A stretch of DNA of 64,000 nucleotides from Blasia pusilla (lineage: Eukaryota), in assembly GCA_050084515.1 (NCBI GenBank), contig CM114271.1:12586001-12650000 (forward strand). The letters are read 5' to 3'. Of this stretch, positions 40,481 through 54,011 are shown piece after piece. The notes beneath the pieces are model-generated. The model saw nothing but the letters and a program-made list of their open reading frames with translations. It made no database searches and was not told the DNA's origin. Position numbers and translations under genes: made by a program. Within the stretch, counting starts at the first letter, position 1; each line of letters opens with the position of its first letter.

Positions 40481-40997
40481 TAAAGTAAGATCCAATTTCT
40501 ATCTACATAATCTCACACCATAGCTCTCAAAGGTGTGCACTCTCTCTCATGTCAAACCAAACCCACTCTCCTAATGAGAGGCTTGGGTGACACTCACAAG
40601 GCAAGGGGACCATAGCTCCGCCATCTCATGCCAAGAGGTTCGACAAAGAGAGAATGAGTTCTCAAGCTCTCTCTCCTTGGGATATATACCCCTCCCCTCT
40701 CCCAAGCTCTCTCCGTGGTAACCTATTCTCCCAAGTCACCTCCTTGGCTCTTGACCTGATGGAGGAGGTCAAGGGCCACTAACCAAAAATAGAAAGACGA
40801 TCATATACTCAAAATGGTACTTACATAAAATAGTAAGTTCCTCAATATGGCTCCAAATGAGCCAAAACGAAGGGGAAACCTGCTCTCTCAGGTTTCCCGG
40901 GGCCTCAGCAGGTCATCCTCGACCTCCTAGGCCTGTCCTCCACTACTCTTGAAGATGCTCTACTAGATCTCACTGATCTATCCTAAAGGACGTGACA
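40481..40997 (-). repeat. 5-prime terminal direct repeat (LTR core)
   Basis: Direct repeat of 30873-31389. The minus strand begins TGTCACGTCC. Confidence 0.95.
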
Positions 40998-41067
40998 CCC
41001 TCAACTCATATCGATATCTGTAACACGTAAATCATTTCTAAGCATCTCAAATGTACCTTTAGATAAT

Positions 41068-41689
41068 TGTCGTGTGCATACATATCGCTACATAACATAC
41101 ATCGATGTCATCAAACATACACACAAACACGAAAAATCCCATGCTAACTCATGGCATCCAAACAACGAGACGAGAATTACCAAAATATCTCCAAAAAATC
41201 GATCACATCTCACACCAAGCTCTCCATAGTTTGCACTCTCTCTCATGTCAAACCAAACTCATTCTCCTAATGAGAGGCTTGGGTTACACACACAAGGCAA
41301 GGAGGATCATAGCTCCGTTGCCTCATGCCAAGAGGTTCAACAAAGAGAAATAAGCTCTCAAGCTCTCTCTCTTGGAGGTATATCCCCTTCCCTTTCCCAA
41401 GCTCTCTCCTCGATAACCTATGCTCGCATGTCACCTCTTTGACTCTTGACCTGCTGTAGCGGGTGAAGGGCCACTTCCCAAAGTGTAATTTTGACTATAT
41501 AAAAATAATAACTTACCCGAAATAGTAAGTTTCTCAATATGGCTCCAAATGAGCCGAAATGAAGGGGAAACCTACTCTCTCAGGTTACCCGTGGCCTTAG
41601 TAGGTCATCCTCGACCTCATGAGGCTGTCCTCCAATATCTCCAGAGGCGCTCTACTAGATCTCGCGGATCTATCCTAAAATACGTGACA
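41068..41689 (-). mobile_element. Solo-LTR-like relative of the same family (~620 bp)
   Basis: Starts TGTCGTG and ends CGTGACA. The first ~125 bp match 31392-31520 and the rest is a diverged match to 30900-31389. No clean TSD. Confidence 0.85.
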
Positions 41690-41924
41690 AGATTCAAAGC
41701 ATAAATTTGCGTCCTCAAAATTTGAAGGTTAAGAAAGAGGAACTTCCGAAAGAGTTTTCGCATAGGCAAAATGTGAATCATAAGATTACGAAATCAAACC
41801 CAAAATGGCTCTGATCGCGAGGAACCCCTGGGGGATGGCATCCCAAGAAAGGCAACTCTTGTATAAGGACATAAAGGCAGTGGGTTCATTCATCCAAGTA
41901 GGTCTATGTTTGGATCCCTTGTTA

Positions 41925-42386
41925 TTTCAAAGAAGGATGGGTCTATGCGCTTGTGTGTGGATTATAGGGCATTGAGCAAAAATACCATCAAGAACAAGTA
42001 TTCGTTGCCTCTGGAAAATGACTTGTTCAATTCAATAGCAAGGTCCAATTATTTAACCAATATCAACCTAAGGCAATGATATTATCCAATTTGAATGGTA
42101 GAAGGGGATGAATATAAGACAATGATGAGGACAAAGTTCAGATCCTAAAATTTCCTAGTGAAATCTCAAGAAATCTATTCTTCAAGACCAGTTGGATAGC
42201 GGAGTATTGGTGTTCTTCAATGGCATTCTTACATATTTGGTAATCCAAAATGAATGTGAGGTTGTCCTCAAAGAAGTCTTGGGATGTTTGAGGAAGAACA
42301 AACTATTTGCAAAACCTTCTAAGTGTTCCTTCATGGTCCAAGAATTGGATTTCTTGGGACACACATTGACCACAAAAGCCATATGA
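41925..42386 (+). pseudogene. Remnant RT of a different Ty3/gypsy (chromovirus-like) element
   Basis: KKDGSMRLCVDYRALSKNTIKNKYSLP and VLGCLRKNKLFAKPSKCSFMVQELDFLGH. YxDD has decayed and there are many stops. Confidence 0.85.
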
Positions 42387-42724
42387 CCTAGTAATGACAA
42401 GCATGGTTGTCAATTTGTGGCTTGCACTAAGAAATGTGATTGATACAAAGATTTTTTTTGGATTTATACATGTAAGATCAACGTCCAAGAGAATATGTGC
42501 ACAACATTTATTATCTATATTTTCATATATGACTTATATTACTAATGACTCTTATAATAGAATCTTATTGGATAATTATTTAGATTGGAAAATGTAGAAG
42601 GTCATAAATTAAAGAGGTCGGGATCGCTTGAGACCAATATGGGAGTATTTTCTTGCTTGAAAGCAACGTCATAAATCCATATTAATGCCTTGCTCAATAA
42701 ATTTGTTATCATGATTTTAAAGGT

Positions 42725-43020
42725 TGGATATGGACAGAGTCCATACCCGCAAACATGTGCATATCCATGTCCATCGACTTATGTCCTTCCTACATAAGGA
42801 ACTATCCACGTGGGCTGCATCTCTCCTTCGTTCTCAACCCCCCACTTGCCTTTGTGATCTACACTTTCTTAGTTTTTCCTTCTCCCACCTCCACTCCCTC
42901 CTCCCTGATTGTCCCGCCCACCTTTGTCTTGCCTTCCACCATGAACAATAAATATGGGTCCCACTTTTTTCAATTGATGTTTGTGGACATGTCCAAACTT
43001 GTCATTCCATGTCCGTTTTT
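42725..43020. repeat. Second copy of the dispersed repeat at ~17130-17420
   Basis: Colinear diverged similarity seen by eye. Confidence 0.5.
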
Positions 43021-46000
43021 TTGAAACCATGATTGTTCTTATGCATAACATGTCCACTCGACCTATTGAATTATGGTCTCATTTTCCCTTTATTTCTAGA
43101 AGATATATTACAACCAAGACTAAAAATAAGGATATATATATAGAGAGACATACACACACAACAACATTCTTCTTCTTTTATAAGTTTTTTCTCATAGGTT
43201 TTATTTATGTATGATGTTAATTAGCTTCACTATATTTGTATCCTCTAAACATATAGCGAAACTTTTGGTTGCCTTTATCGTTTATACAACATTGTTCCAA
43301 GTTATTTGCAAGATCCATGAAAATTATTGAAACTTTAGAGATTGTGCTTTTGAAGGAAAGTGCACTTTATTCATGTAGCAATTTTCATCAAGTCTTTTTG
43401 CATGTTTCACATGAAAATCATCTATAAATTGCGCAAGCCATCTTAAAACAATCCATTCTTTTATCTCATATGAATAACAAATATTATAGCTCATACTTTG
43501 GAAAGTAATTACTTCATTCGTTCAATTTTCCCTTTAGTAGTGTAAGATTATTCTCAAATCTTTTTAGAGCATATGTTATTAAGTTTTCCGCATTCCCTTT
43601 TTTTGGGCAAGCTTGTCATCATCAACAAGCTTGTATGAATTAGCTATTTAAGGTTCGAGAAGGTAGTATGCCTCTAGTTGTGGATTTGGATGAGCATACT
43701 ATTACGGCCCCTACAAACACTCGACTCTGAGTGTTTGTAGGGGAAAAATGCAAAATAAAATGAAAGTTATTCTGCAGGTGCTCAACCCTCAAATATGAAA
43801 TTTTATCGGTTGGATCCACTGTGTTAGTATTAACTCCCTCATTAATACGAAATAGAATCAACTAGTTATGTTACTTCCAAGTGCTCTCGCCGTGTTACTG
43901 CCCTCTGTTACCATACTCCTATTGTATTCGTGTTTGTGTTATTGTATTCGTATTCCTCCAAACGGCCATACCTGAGTGCATAGCCTCGGAGTTCGTATTC
44001 GTGTTTGATCATATTGTATTCGTATTCTCATGTGTTCTCTGAGTGTATTGGGTATTTGTATTCTCTTCCTTCCCGTGTAACTCCCAGACCGATTGATTTC
44101 CTAACCTCCAAATAACTTATTCGTGGCCCGTATAAGCGATACTTACAAGAGTACTCAGGGCATTGAGTTGTAGTAGCTTAAAACTAGAACTCGCACAATA
44201 TCGTGAAGCAAAATGTATTTATTTTTCCTCGGCGAGTTACACATGTTTAGAAGGAGGGAGAGATCTTGAAACATACGGCATTATGAAACTCAAAACCAGG
44301 GCCGCATATTGGTTCCATCATCCTTTGACTTGGTCTTTCAAAGTGATGAGATGAAGAAATTTCATCAATATCATTTACAAGAAAGATGGTCTTAAGTGAA
44401 ATGATATTAAGTTCTAGATGAATATTGCTATTTTGACACAAAACCTACATATTGTTGACATAAGTATTGATGCACATCTCAAATTTATGACAAGGCAATA
44501 ATTTCCTTCCCATATTTTTTTTCTTATTTTAATATGTATTTTTCTATGATGGATGATTTCATTTTAACACATGTCTACATCTTATTTTTCACATATGAGC
44601 ATAACTACCTAAATATTGTTACTATTTCTAATAAGGACATTACTCACATCGCTCCAATATTTCTTTTTTTTTAAATGGTTGCCTTCTAGATTTCCTTCAA
44701 AAGATCATTTCTTGAAGATGGATGAATTTTCATCATACTTTTACACGAACATGAATGACTTTGCTCATAAGTGGATTGGTAGTTCACAAATTTATGCAAC
44801 AAATTAAAGTTGCTTAAAACCGGAGAGAAAAATATTTGTGGAGGAGTGTTCATTTCAAGTACAATGTGAATAGAGGAGGGTTGAAATTTTGGGTACTTCT
44901 ACTCCCAAAGAAGTGAGATCATTCTTGAAGAGGATGGCCCCTTCCAAAATGGTAATTTACACCATGTAAGATAAGAGTGGATTTTGTTTGTGCCTCAACA
45001 TTTGTTTCTCCAAGATTGGACCTCTTCTCATATCTGAACAAATTTCTACTAACATTTGAGCGTCAACATCGTCCAACATCTCAAAGTTAAGCGACATCAA
45101 AGCCTCCCAAAGATTTAGCGGAGTTGGTGTAAGAATTATTTTTTAGACCTAGAATCTTCTTTAATAGTGTTGTAAAATGGAAAAACATGGAAGGTACATA
45201 CTTATGCCATGCATCGCATAGAAGATCTTAATTGTATACCATTGATTGCATATGATTATAAATGACTTTTTGATTTATCCAAATCCCTATTTTTATTTTT
45301 AATCATTTATACTTTTAAACAACAAAACTCTCCCTCTCCACGGAATCTCACATTTATTAGTAATGAAATCTCAAATTTATTCCAATTTAAATTCGAAGGA
45401 AATCCAATCTAAATGCCATAGCAGAAATTTTGCAAGCTCTACACTTTGCATAATAAACTACTTGTAAGAATGCTTGTGGGAAACACATTTGAAAATTAAT
45501 AGAAATATTTGGAAAATTAACTATTAAAAATTAAAAAGTTCCTGAAAAATGCAAAAGGAGATCCTAAGAAAAGGATAAAGGTACACAATAAGTTATGCAA
45601 ACACCCCTTTATGCATCGTTTTGACTTTACGAGTATTTTTTATTTAATAATTTTTATTTTGAAACAAAAATTTCCTACCTAAGGTTGGTTAAAATTTTAT
45701 ATTCTCAAATTTCAAGGGAAAGAAAAGTTTAGAAGAATAAATTGGGACAACTTATCTTTTTAAGCCTCACCTCCTTGATTTTTCAGAAAAATATTGAAAA
45801 TAAATGAAAAAAGTTCCTTAATTCTTATTTCTATGATGATTAAAAAAATAGATTAACTAATTGGGATTACTTTTCTTTTTCTATCCCCCCTCCTTAATTT
45901 TTTGAGAAAGATTAAAAATGAATGAAAAATATTCCCTTAATTCCTATTTTATGTTGATGAACATTGAACACAACCCACCTAAAGAGGTGTCGCCGAAGAG

Positions 46001-49000
46001 AAATTATGATATTAGAATAGATTAAAAGTCAAAAGGATAATAAACTAGGGTGCTGCATGGATTGCTAAGTTAATAACGGGGTTCATAGGAGCGGAAATAT
46101 GAGATAAGACAAGATAAGGGAATTAGTAATTCATTGACCTGAGGTAGAGCGATGGTGATGTAGGGCCTAATTTTGGACATATCAAGTGATGGTGCAACAA
46201 TGCGTTTGGCTATTTTGTGGTGAGTTGTCACTTGGTTCTCAAATATACAAGTGTTCATTTGGCAGGCAACTACAAAGAAAATAAAACATATGAAGTTGGA
46301 ATCAAAAGAAACTTTATCCGAGTAATAACATTTTTTTTTATAAAAATTCCTCGTTTTACATAAATGGTTCTTTGAATTCGTCTGCATATTTATTTATTTT
46401 CTAATAATATTGTCATGAAACTCATTGAAATTGAAAGTTCCTTTCTCTTTTATGCTGCATGGAGAAGAGTGGATGCTTAGGCTGGGGTGAAAGTTCAGCT
46501 GCAAGTAGTAGACAGATGCTAGTTTTGTCGTAAGGTCAAGGTGGTGCGATGGAGCACATTGTGGGGAGCACAGAGTTCAAATGGGATGTTTGTAGCATTT
46601 GATGTGAATGAGAGAAGACCAAAAGAAGTGCAATACTTTGATGGCAGTGCTCGAAATGCACAAATGGAAGTTTTTGCTATGAAATTCCTAATAAGAAATA
46701 TAGAATGGACATGTTGACATTCATTGTGAATTTTTTGTTATTAATAAACAAGGAAAAATTGAGTGGACTGCGTTGGACAGAATAATGTATGGCTTGAGAT
46801 TCTTATATGACCTTCGTTGCCCTCAAAGCATGCAATGCACAAGCACAGAATTTAAGAAGATCTAAAAAATAGGCTGCAAGAGTGAGCCGAACCCATAAGA
46901 ATTCCAGCTAGCATTTGGAGGAATGATTGAAGTAGACATGAAGAGATTTTGGAAATATCCTTGTTTTTATATGCCGAATTCAAAATTGTGACAAAACGAA
47001 GGTCTGGTGTACACTGAAATGGTCTAAGCTGATGCTTATCGCAAAAGTAGATACATATATATGAATATGACTTGATTGAAAATGGGCATGTAGCTTTAGC
47101 AACTGCAAGGACAAGCAGTTGATGCAGAGTTGCTAATTGAACTAGTTGAGCATCAGCAAGAGCAAGAGGCTAACTATGGCCTAAGAAGAGACATAACAAT
47201 TCAAGCTTGGAGAGTAATCTTAGGATCCTTGTCTGCATATTCTTGGACATCATTCAAAAAGTCCTTGAAATGTGTCCCAACATCTTTAATGTGTTGCCTG
47301 ATATCATGTAGCTCAATTGTAGTTGAATAATGTGCATCTTGCTCAAGTTGTAAGACATAGTGGGAGCCTTTCAGCATCGTCCAAAGACTCACGAGTAGAG
47401 TCATAGACGTTTGTACATTGGCTGCAATCATCCTGATCCCATTTTGAAAATTTACCAATGGAGCCTTGTTGAAAATCTTGGCATTTGTCGTCATCACCCC
47501 AAGCCTGCAAAAATATGTTCATCGGAAATAGATGAGAGAAGTCAAATCACAAATGTAGATGAGATGCAAACTGGGAAATGTAGGAGCAGGAAATTAGGAT
47601 GGAGGTGTAATAATAGCTGGAAATCCGATAGCAGCTTGTTGTCATCACCACATGTACAAGTATGAGAAAAAGCGGCTGAAACTATGATGAAGAAAAAATC
47701 AAAGTATAAATCAATCTAGTGAGAGCTACACACAATACCACAAAACGGAAATAAAATGTAGTCGAGAAGGAATGTATTGGACAATGAAGTGAACAAGCTG
47801 AAAAACCACATGGAAAATCGGGCAGCAAGAGTAAGTAGTACCACAGACATAATGAAGTAATCATTTAAGTTGAGCATTAAAGTAGAGATGGCAACGTGGA
47901 GAACAAGGAAGTAGAAATGTGAAATTGGTGAGACAAAGTGGACGAAAATAAGAAACATGTATGGAGCACTCTATTATATGAGAACATGTGAGAAAAAAAA
48001 AACGCATTGTAAATACCATGGATGGAGCAGAATGTATTAAAATTTAAGAAGAGCATAGATTTATTGTGTATCCTAGAACTTCCGAGCGTAGATTGGAGGA
48101 AACCAAAATTAATTTAATTCAATTGGAAAATGGAAGCCAGAATGAGCTGACCAAATCAATTTAGATTACTAAACTAGTGCAAAAGTCAGTGAGAACTTCC
48201 AGGGCTATAAAGACAGCCAACTGAGTGCAGTTATGGTGGCAAAAACTCCAAGAAAGACCTGCACATGAAATGAGGTGATCAGCATTAGATATGGAGATAA
48301 AAAACATGCATTTGGAAATTCAGAAATAAGGGTAGAAAAAATTCACAGGAAATGCAATATAATGCACAAAGTATCCAATACATTATATTAATCCGAACTA
48401 ATAAACAATGGCTAACTCAACAGCAGAAATATACCTGGCTAAGTGCATTTCCTTTTGCTAGGAGATTGCAGTGTTGAAAGGAATTCACTGGTGTGAGGGA
48501 GCATAGAGCTGCTAGTGGGGTCATGGACATTCTTGATTTGAGAATTAGCAACATTAGGATTCAGATCATAACATAAGATGATAACATCATCAAACTTTGG
48601 CATCATTGGGAAATGTGAGGGATTATCCACATCAATAGGAATGGGCTCAAAATCTGGTAGTTGCCCATTCTCTTGCGTTGTCTTCATCCTATCAATGAGA
48701 TGAGTAGCTTTAGCGGAGTTAAGGTCCAATAACATGTGTCGGGGAAGATGCATCTGGTGTATTAAGACTCGAAGTTGATCCAACCTTATGCCACCAGACA
48801 CAAGCTTAAAGAGTCTAGCACTGTCTTTTCTTGTCAGTGAAGTTTCTTTGAAGTCAACTTTCTTGTACTTGAGAACTTCCTTCTGGATTCCTGAAATAGA
48901 ATTGTATCACTGTTAACATCATATGAGTAAAGAGGAGAAACCGAAGATGAATTGAAAAGGAAAACTACATAATTTGAGTAAGAATACATGATGCTAGTGC

Positions 49001-49507
49001 ATCCTTGTTCAAATGTCGAAACCTAGCATCCCAGAGTTGGCCTTGGCTTATGAGACCTTGGATTTGTTTTCCTGTTACACCATGTTCCTTGAAGGTAGGG
49101 ACCATCCATAAGTTGTCCGTGTATCTTATCTGACTTTCTGTGGGAACTATGAACCTGGGCTTGAATTCTTCTAGTTGCGCTTGAATGTGTGAAAGTATCA
49201 TGCTAGCAAAGTCCACGTAGCTTGAGGGCACCTGTGGGTCATGAATTAGATATAGCAACAATAGGCAACATAGAAAATGAGGGAAGGAAGGCATAGGGAG
49301 TAACTTGCACTGTTGCTTGAGTGGGGGTCTGGTTCTGTCGTTGAGATTGAAGATCTGGTATATTTGTGGGATTCAGTTTATGGTCATATAAAGGCAATTG
49401 CTCACTTTGCTGCGAGTGAGAAGCACATCTAACACTACGTCCACTATTTGAGTTGGCTCTTGCGGACATGCTTAAGTAAGTGTTGCAGAATACATAGCAA
49501 TACAAAA

Positions 49508-52500
49508 TTAGGAAACACTTGCAACTCCCTCACCAAATAGTAGGAAGTCATTGGGCTCAAATGATCCTAATATGCGTAGCTGGTCCCTATTCTTCACCCT
49601 CGATAGCATAACATAGGCTAATCCCATAGCAAAAATTGATTGTACAACCAGCACACAATGATCTTCCACGGTAGAACCCTCACTCTTGTGGGCAGTCATG
49701 GTATAGCCTAATATAAGTGGAAATGATCTCTTGATATATTTACGATTCAAGCCTTACCTCAGAGTACAAAAATTGGTTCTACCTATCCTGATAGAATGTC
49801 CATTGGATTGAAGAGTGACAACAATATAAACTAACTCATTGTCCTCATAAATACGATCACACACTATACCAAGAGATCCATTGGCTGCATGGCACTTCAA
49901 GTTAACATTAGATATAATCATAACTCGAAAATGTAGTGCAATGAATGGTAGTTGGTGAAAAGATTCAACATTTAACCAGATATCAAATTCTAGTTGTGGA
50001 GGAGCGTCAGAAATAACGTTTACTTTGATAATAGAGGCATCTCCAAAAATTCTTTTAAGCGACAGAGATTGACCATGGCAACGTCGTCATAATGAGTACA
50101 AATGATTGTTGTGCTAGAAGTTATGAAATTTGTAGCTTCAGTCTCAGACACAAAGTAGGATCATAGATTGTCATCAATTTGGGCCTGTGTTGGAAGAGCA
50201 GATTTGATAGAAGTTAGGAACTGATTGTAAAGAGGATCACTTGAATGGCGTACAAGTGTAACCAATTCAAAGGAGAGTACATTCTCCAGGAAAGTAGAGG
50301 AAGTAATATGGCAGCCATGGCATATATTGGAAACTTTATGGCTACAAACAGGCGGAAGCTGGCATAGGTTGCCTACAAGGATGAGCAACTTTCCACCAAG
50401 CAAATTCTGGGTGTTGCACTTTGTAACTTCATTTATTCTCATCACTATAATTTGCAAGAGATTTGTTGTCAACATTGAGAACTTATCAACTACAATTACC
50501 TGGGCAGCCTTAAGTCTCATGTAGGGATGTGAAGTAGCATGCATAGTTGGCATATCACCACAGATGGGAATGCTGAAAGCATAATGAACTGTAACAACTT
50601 CTACATGAAGACGAACAACAGCAATACCTATTGTTGCAGTGAGTAGAGGTGACATTCCCTTAGATTTCCACGAATCATATATGAATTTCACAAAAAAAGA
50701 ATTACCACAACCAGGTCCTCCTTTGAGAAGGACTAAATTAGATGTAAGAGATGTGATCTGGGCAAAGAGGAGTTTATATTCAGGATTGAGGATTGTAATG
50801 TCTAGCTGATTGGGCAAATCCTCTTCATATGGATGGACAGCTTCACTATGTATAGTTTCAAAATTAACAAAGGAACTCATATCCATGTCAAGCTTAGGCT
50901 GGAGAATGCTAGTTTCTTTAGCAATTATTTATGCCTCGTGAACTTGACTCCACAAGTTTCTTATTGCGTGGTCTTTTATGAGCTTATGAATGTCAGACAT
51001 ATCCTAGATTAATTTCCTATGAACGCACTTATGTAGATACCTCCAACTTATTGCCTGGAATGATGTGAGGGTTTGCTCAAATCTAAACGGAACATTCTCG
51101 AGAAGCACTAAATAAAAGAATTCATTCCACGGATGAAGTGGATGGAATTCAGTAAATCTAACAAGACGGTTAGTCATACTAAAAATATTACCTAAGTGAT
51201 CCAATCCAACAACTTTATCACTTTGATTCTTTGGATAGGCTTTCAAGATCTCATAATTGTTCCAATAAGCAAAGAATGATAGTTGTTCAAGAGCAGCTAG
51301 CATGTTTGCATAGAGAGTTGTGGGATGAATACATGATATAGATGCGGATTAGTAGAGATAAGTTCTCCTTGAGGGAGGGTTGCAATCAACATAGTGAACG
51401 GCATGTGATCTATATATAATTGGAATCTGAAGAGACGTTAGTGCAACTTCTGTTGATGGGACAAATTTGTTTTGAACAACCCTAGAGACAAGACGTAACT
51501 TAATGTCATCTAATCCACCAAGTCCGAGACATTAAGCTGATTCAGTATCAATATCTAAAGACCCAGTGGGTCCTGACTTCAAAGCATATTTGAGAAGATA
51601 AAACGACCAATCAGCATTGGTCACCCTTTGAATGTTCATGTGGGCTGCCCAGAGGAGGAGCACCAAGGGATGGTATGGAATGACATTACGGTGCTCAGTT
51701 GAGGGCCTAAAGTAGCTCCACTTCATTGAACACAGATCAATGAATGGTTGCAGATTAGGATTCACATCAATAGGGAATCCCAGGCGGAAGTATGGCTTCT
51801 GCGACCGCTTCCTCACTACGCAAACTCCTTCCTTGTACCGGTATAATTGCTTCTGAAGCACTAGGCTTAACAGTTCATCACTTGGTTTAGGGTAGATCCA
51901 TGATGCAGGAGATGGAGGAAGTGGTCAGCACATGGGATATATGAACTTATTTATGATGCAATTCGATCAACATCATTAAGATGGAGCCACAAAATCATAT
52001 GGCAATGCAAACTACCTGTGCCTTTTAGCTCATAGCAGAGCAAATATTTTGCAACTCTACCCAAAATACGTGGGCCTGAAAAAAGGTATGAAGACAAGAA
52101 AGAGTGCATTCTAGTATGGAATAATAATGCACACTCAGTTGGAGCATCGCTCCAAGTAATGTCAGGGTTGAACTTGGCAAGTATAGCTTCGATATTAGAA
52201 AATTCATTCCATCTTGTCGCAGATACTTCACCAAATGTTAATGTTAAGAAAAAATGTGGCATGCCCCATTTCTGCACCATAGCCTTTAGATCTTTCAAAT
52301 GCCTTCTATGCCATGCAGTGCTTCCTGGGATCTGGGGGCTAATTGAATACTTAGAAAGATGGTGATACAAGCTTGCATCACTCAAGTGGGGCTTATTTCT
52401 ACAAAGTTGGTCTAGTTCCCTACTTAGAAAAAATGTGTTTGAGGTAGAGCAAAACGCGATTGCCTATCGTATCTGGTACATTAATAAAGCATAAGGCTTA

Positions 52501-53594
52501 AACAAAGAAAATGGACTTGAAAGTTGGTGGCTCCGAGCATAATTATAATCAGAAAATATTGAGCTCCCTTGGAAATAGCCCCAATGGAAGGGGAAGGATG
52601 CAATCTCTAATGTCAATTTTGGATCTATTGACGCACCGTTTATATCAATCAAGAGTTTATCACGCGCAAATCCATTTGCTCTCACTGATATACTACCATT
52701 ATCAAATATGTCAATGGAAGTTCGTCTTTGAACACGTGGGGAGTACACAACATCCTAAAAGATATTGAGATCGGGATGGTAAGGATCGTGGCTCATGCTA
52801 TGTGTAACTTGTCCTTTTTCTTGGGAAGCTTTGATTATTCTTTGAACCAATGATTCAAGCTGGATAACTATTCCAGATGAAGGATTTGGAAATTCTATAA
52901 GTGCTCTATAATCTCTGTACAATGGATTGATTTCAATGTTTATCTTCAAGATCTCTTGCATGGCATGTGGAATAGGAGATTCTCTTGGTATTGCATTCAA
53001 CTGGAGGTTGAAACCAATAAAAGGTGAATCTAGCAAAGATGTTGCGGTGAAGAATCCCATGTGGAAGCCATTTAACTTCTTCTCTACTCCTCATCTAGAG
53101 TCAACTATGGAGAGGAGCTGCAATTGCAATAGTTCCACATTAAGCAACTGCGTAATGTAAGTTGGAGTCATATAGACATTGATTTGTGTGCGAGGTCCAA
53201 CTAAGATGCAAGTATCTCAGACATGGAAGTGACCTAGACAAGGTATTAAGTAATCTCCCATGAATCCATTGCATAATGCATATGGCGGATTGGCTAGGTC
53301 TTCGACAACACACATTTTTGTTTGAGGGTTACTAAATTGCACAACACCGTAATATCCACAACACTGCATGTCCTTGATGGTTAATGAGCATATGGCACAC
53401 CACCTCCGAAGGTAGGAATCAGCCCATGACCAATCCATGCAATGAGGCTAACAAGCAAGCTTTCTGTGATGGGAAACTCTACTACGTACATTTTCCCGGA
53501 GCTATGATAACCTTTTTCTTTTGAGACCTATCATTCTTTTCACTTGGCCTTTCCTTGAACTTGAGCTACCAAGTTGGGGTGCTCCTCTTCCCAT
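49508..53594 (-). mobile_element. RepHel: Degenerate Helitron-superfamily Rep/PIF1 helicase gene (Helitron2/Helentron-like)
   Basis: Rep motifs: WGMPHFFLTLT, ELKGTGSLHCHMILWL (HUH), NVIPYHPLVLLLWAAHMNIQRV, FYLLKYALK. PIF1 motifs: GGPGCGNSF, IVVDKFSML, GGKLLILVGNLCQLPPV, FPLILGYTMTAHKSEGST, GLAYVMLSRV. Multiple stops and frameshifts. Confidence 0.92.
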
Positions 53595-53945
53595 TAGTGC
53601 AAGTGATTAAAAGGCCACCTTAGAGTCAATGGCTAAAAATAAAATAGAGCACTACACGAGGGAATACCAGGTGACCGTAGTTACAAATGCACAACGAGCC
53701 ACAACATAAAATTAGAACATGGCAATTACATGTAGTTGAAAATAAAATCCTGCAATGGCATTACCACCAGCTCTACTATGACAAATGAAAAGTACACAAC
53801 ATAGACAAAAGAAGGAAGCAAATGTGAAGAATTGAACAAAGCTAAGCACCTCGCAGGACCGATCGGTTGTGAAGAAGATGAGCACTTGTGAATTAGCGAC
53901 TACAGATGGAAGCTGTCCCTACTCCATAGAAAACTCACAATGTCT

Positions 53946-54011
53946 ACATGCGCAAAAGAGAAAATTAAGGTACACAACATGCGCAAAAGAGAAAATTAAG
54001 GTACACAACAT
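53946..54011. repeat. Short tandem duplication (~32 bp x2)
   Basis: ACATGCGCAAAAGAGAAAATTAAGGTACACA repeated directly. Confidence 0.9.

Larger units (their letters stand above)
30795..40997 (-). mobile_element. Ty3/gypsy-type LTR retrotransposon: Gag-PR-DNMT-RT-RH-INT-PHD (disabled copy)
   Basis: Gypsy domain order RT-RH-INT. 517 bp direct repeats at 30873-31389 and 40481-40997. Minus-strand terminus TGTCACG. Short purine tract AGGGGGG at 31522-31528 (minus). No TSD or tRNA PBS recognised. Confidence 0.95.
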
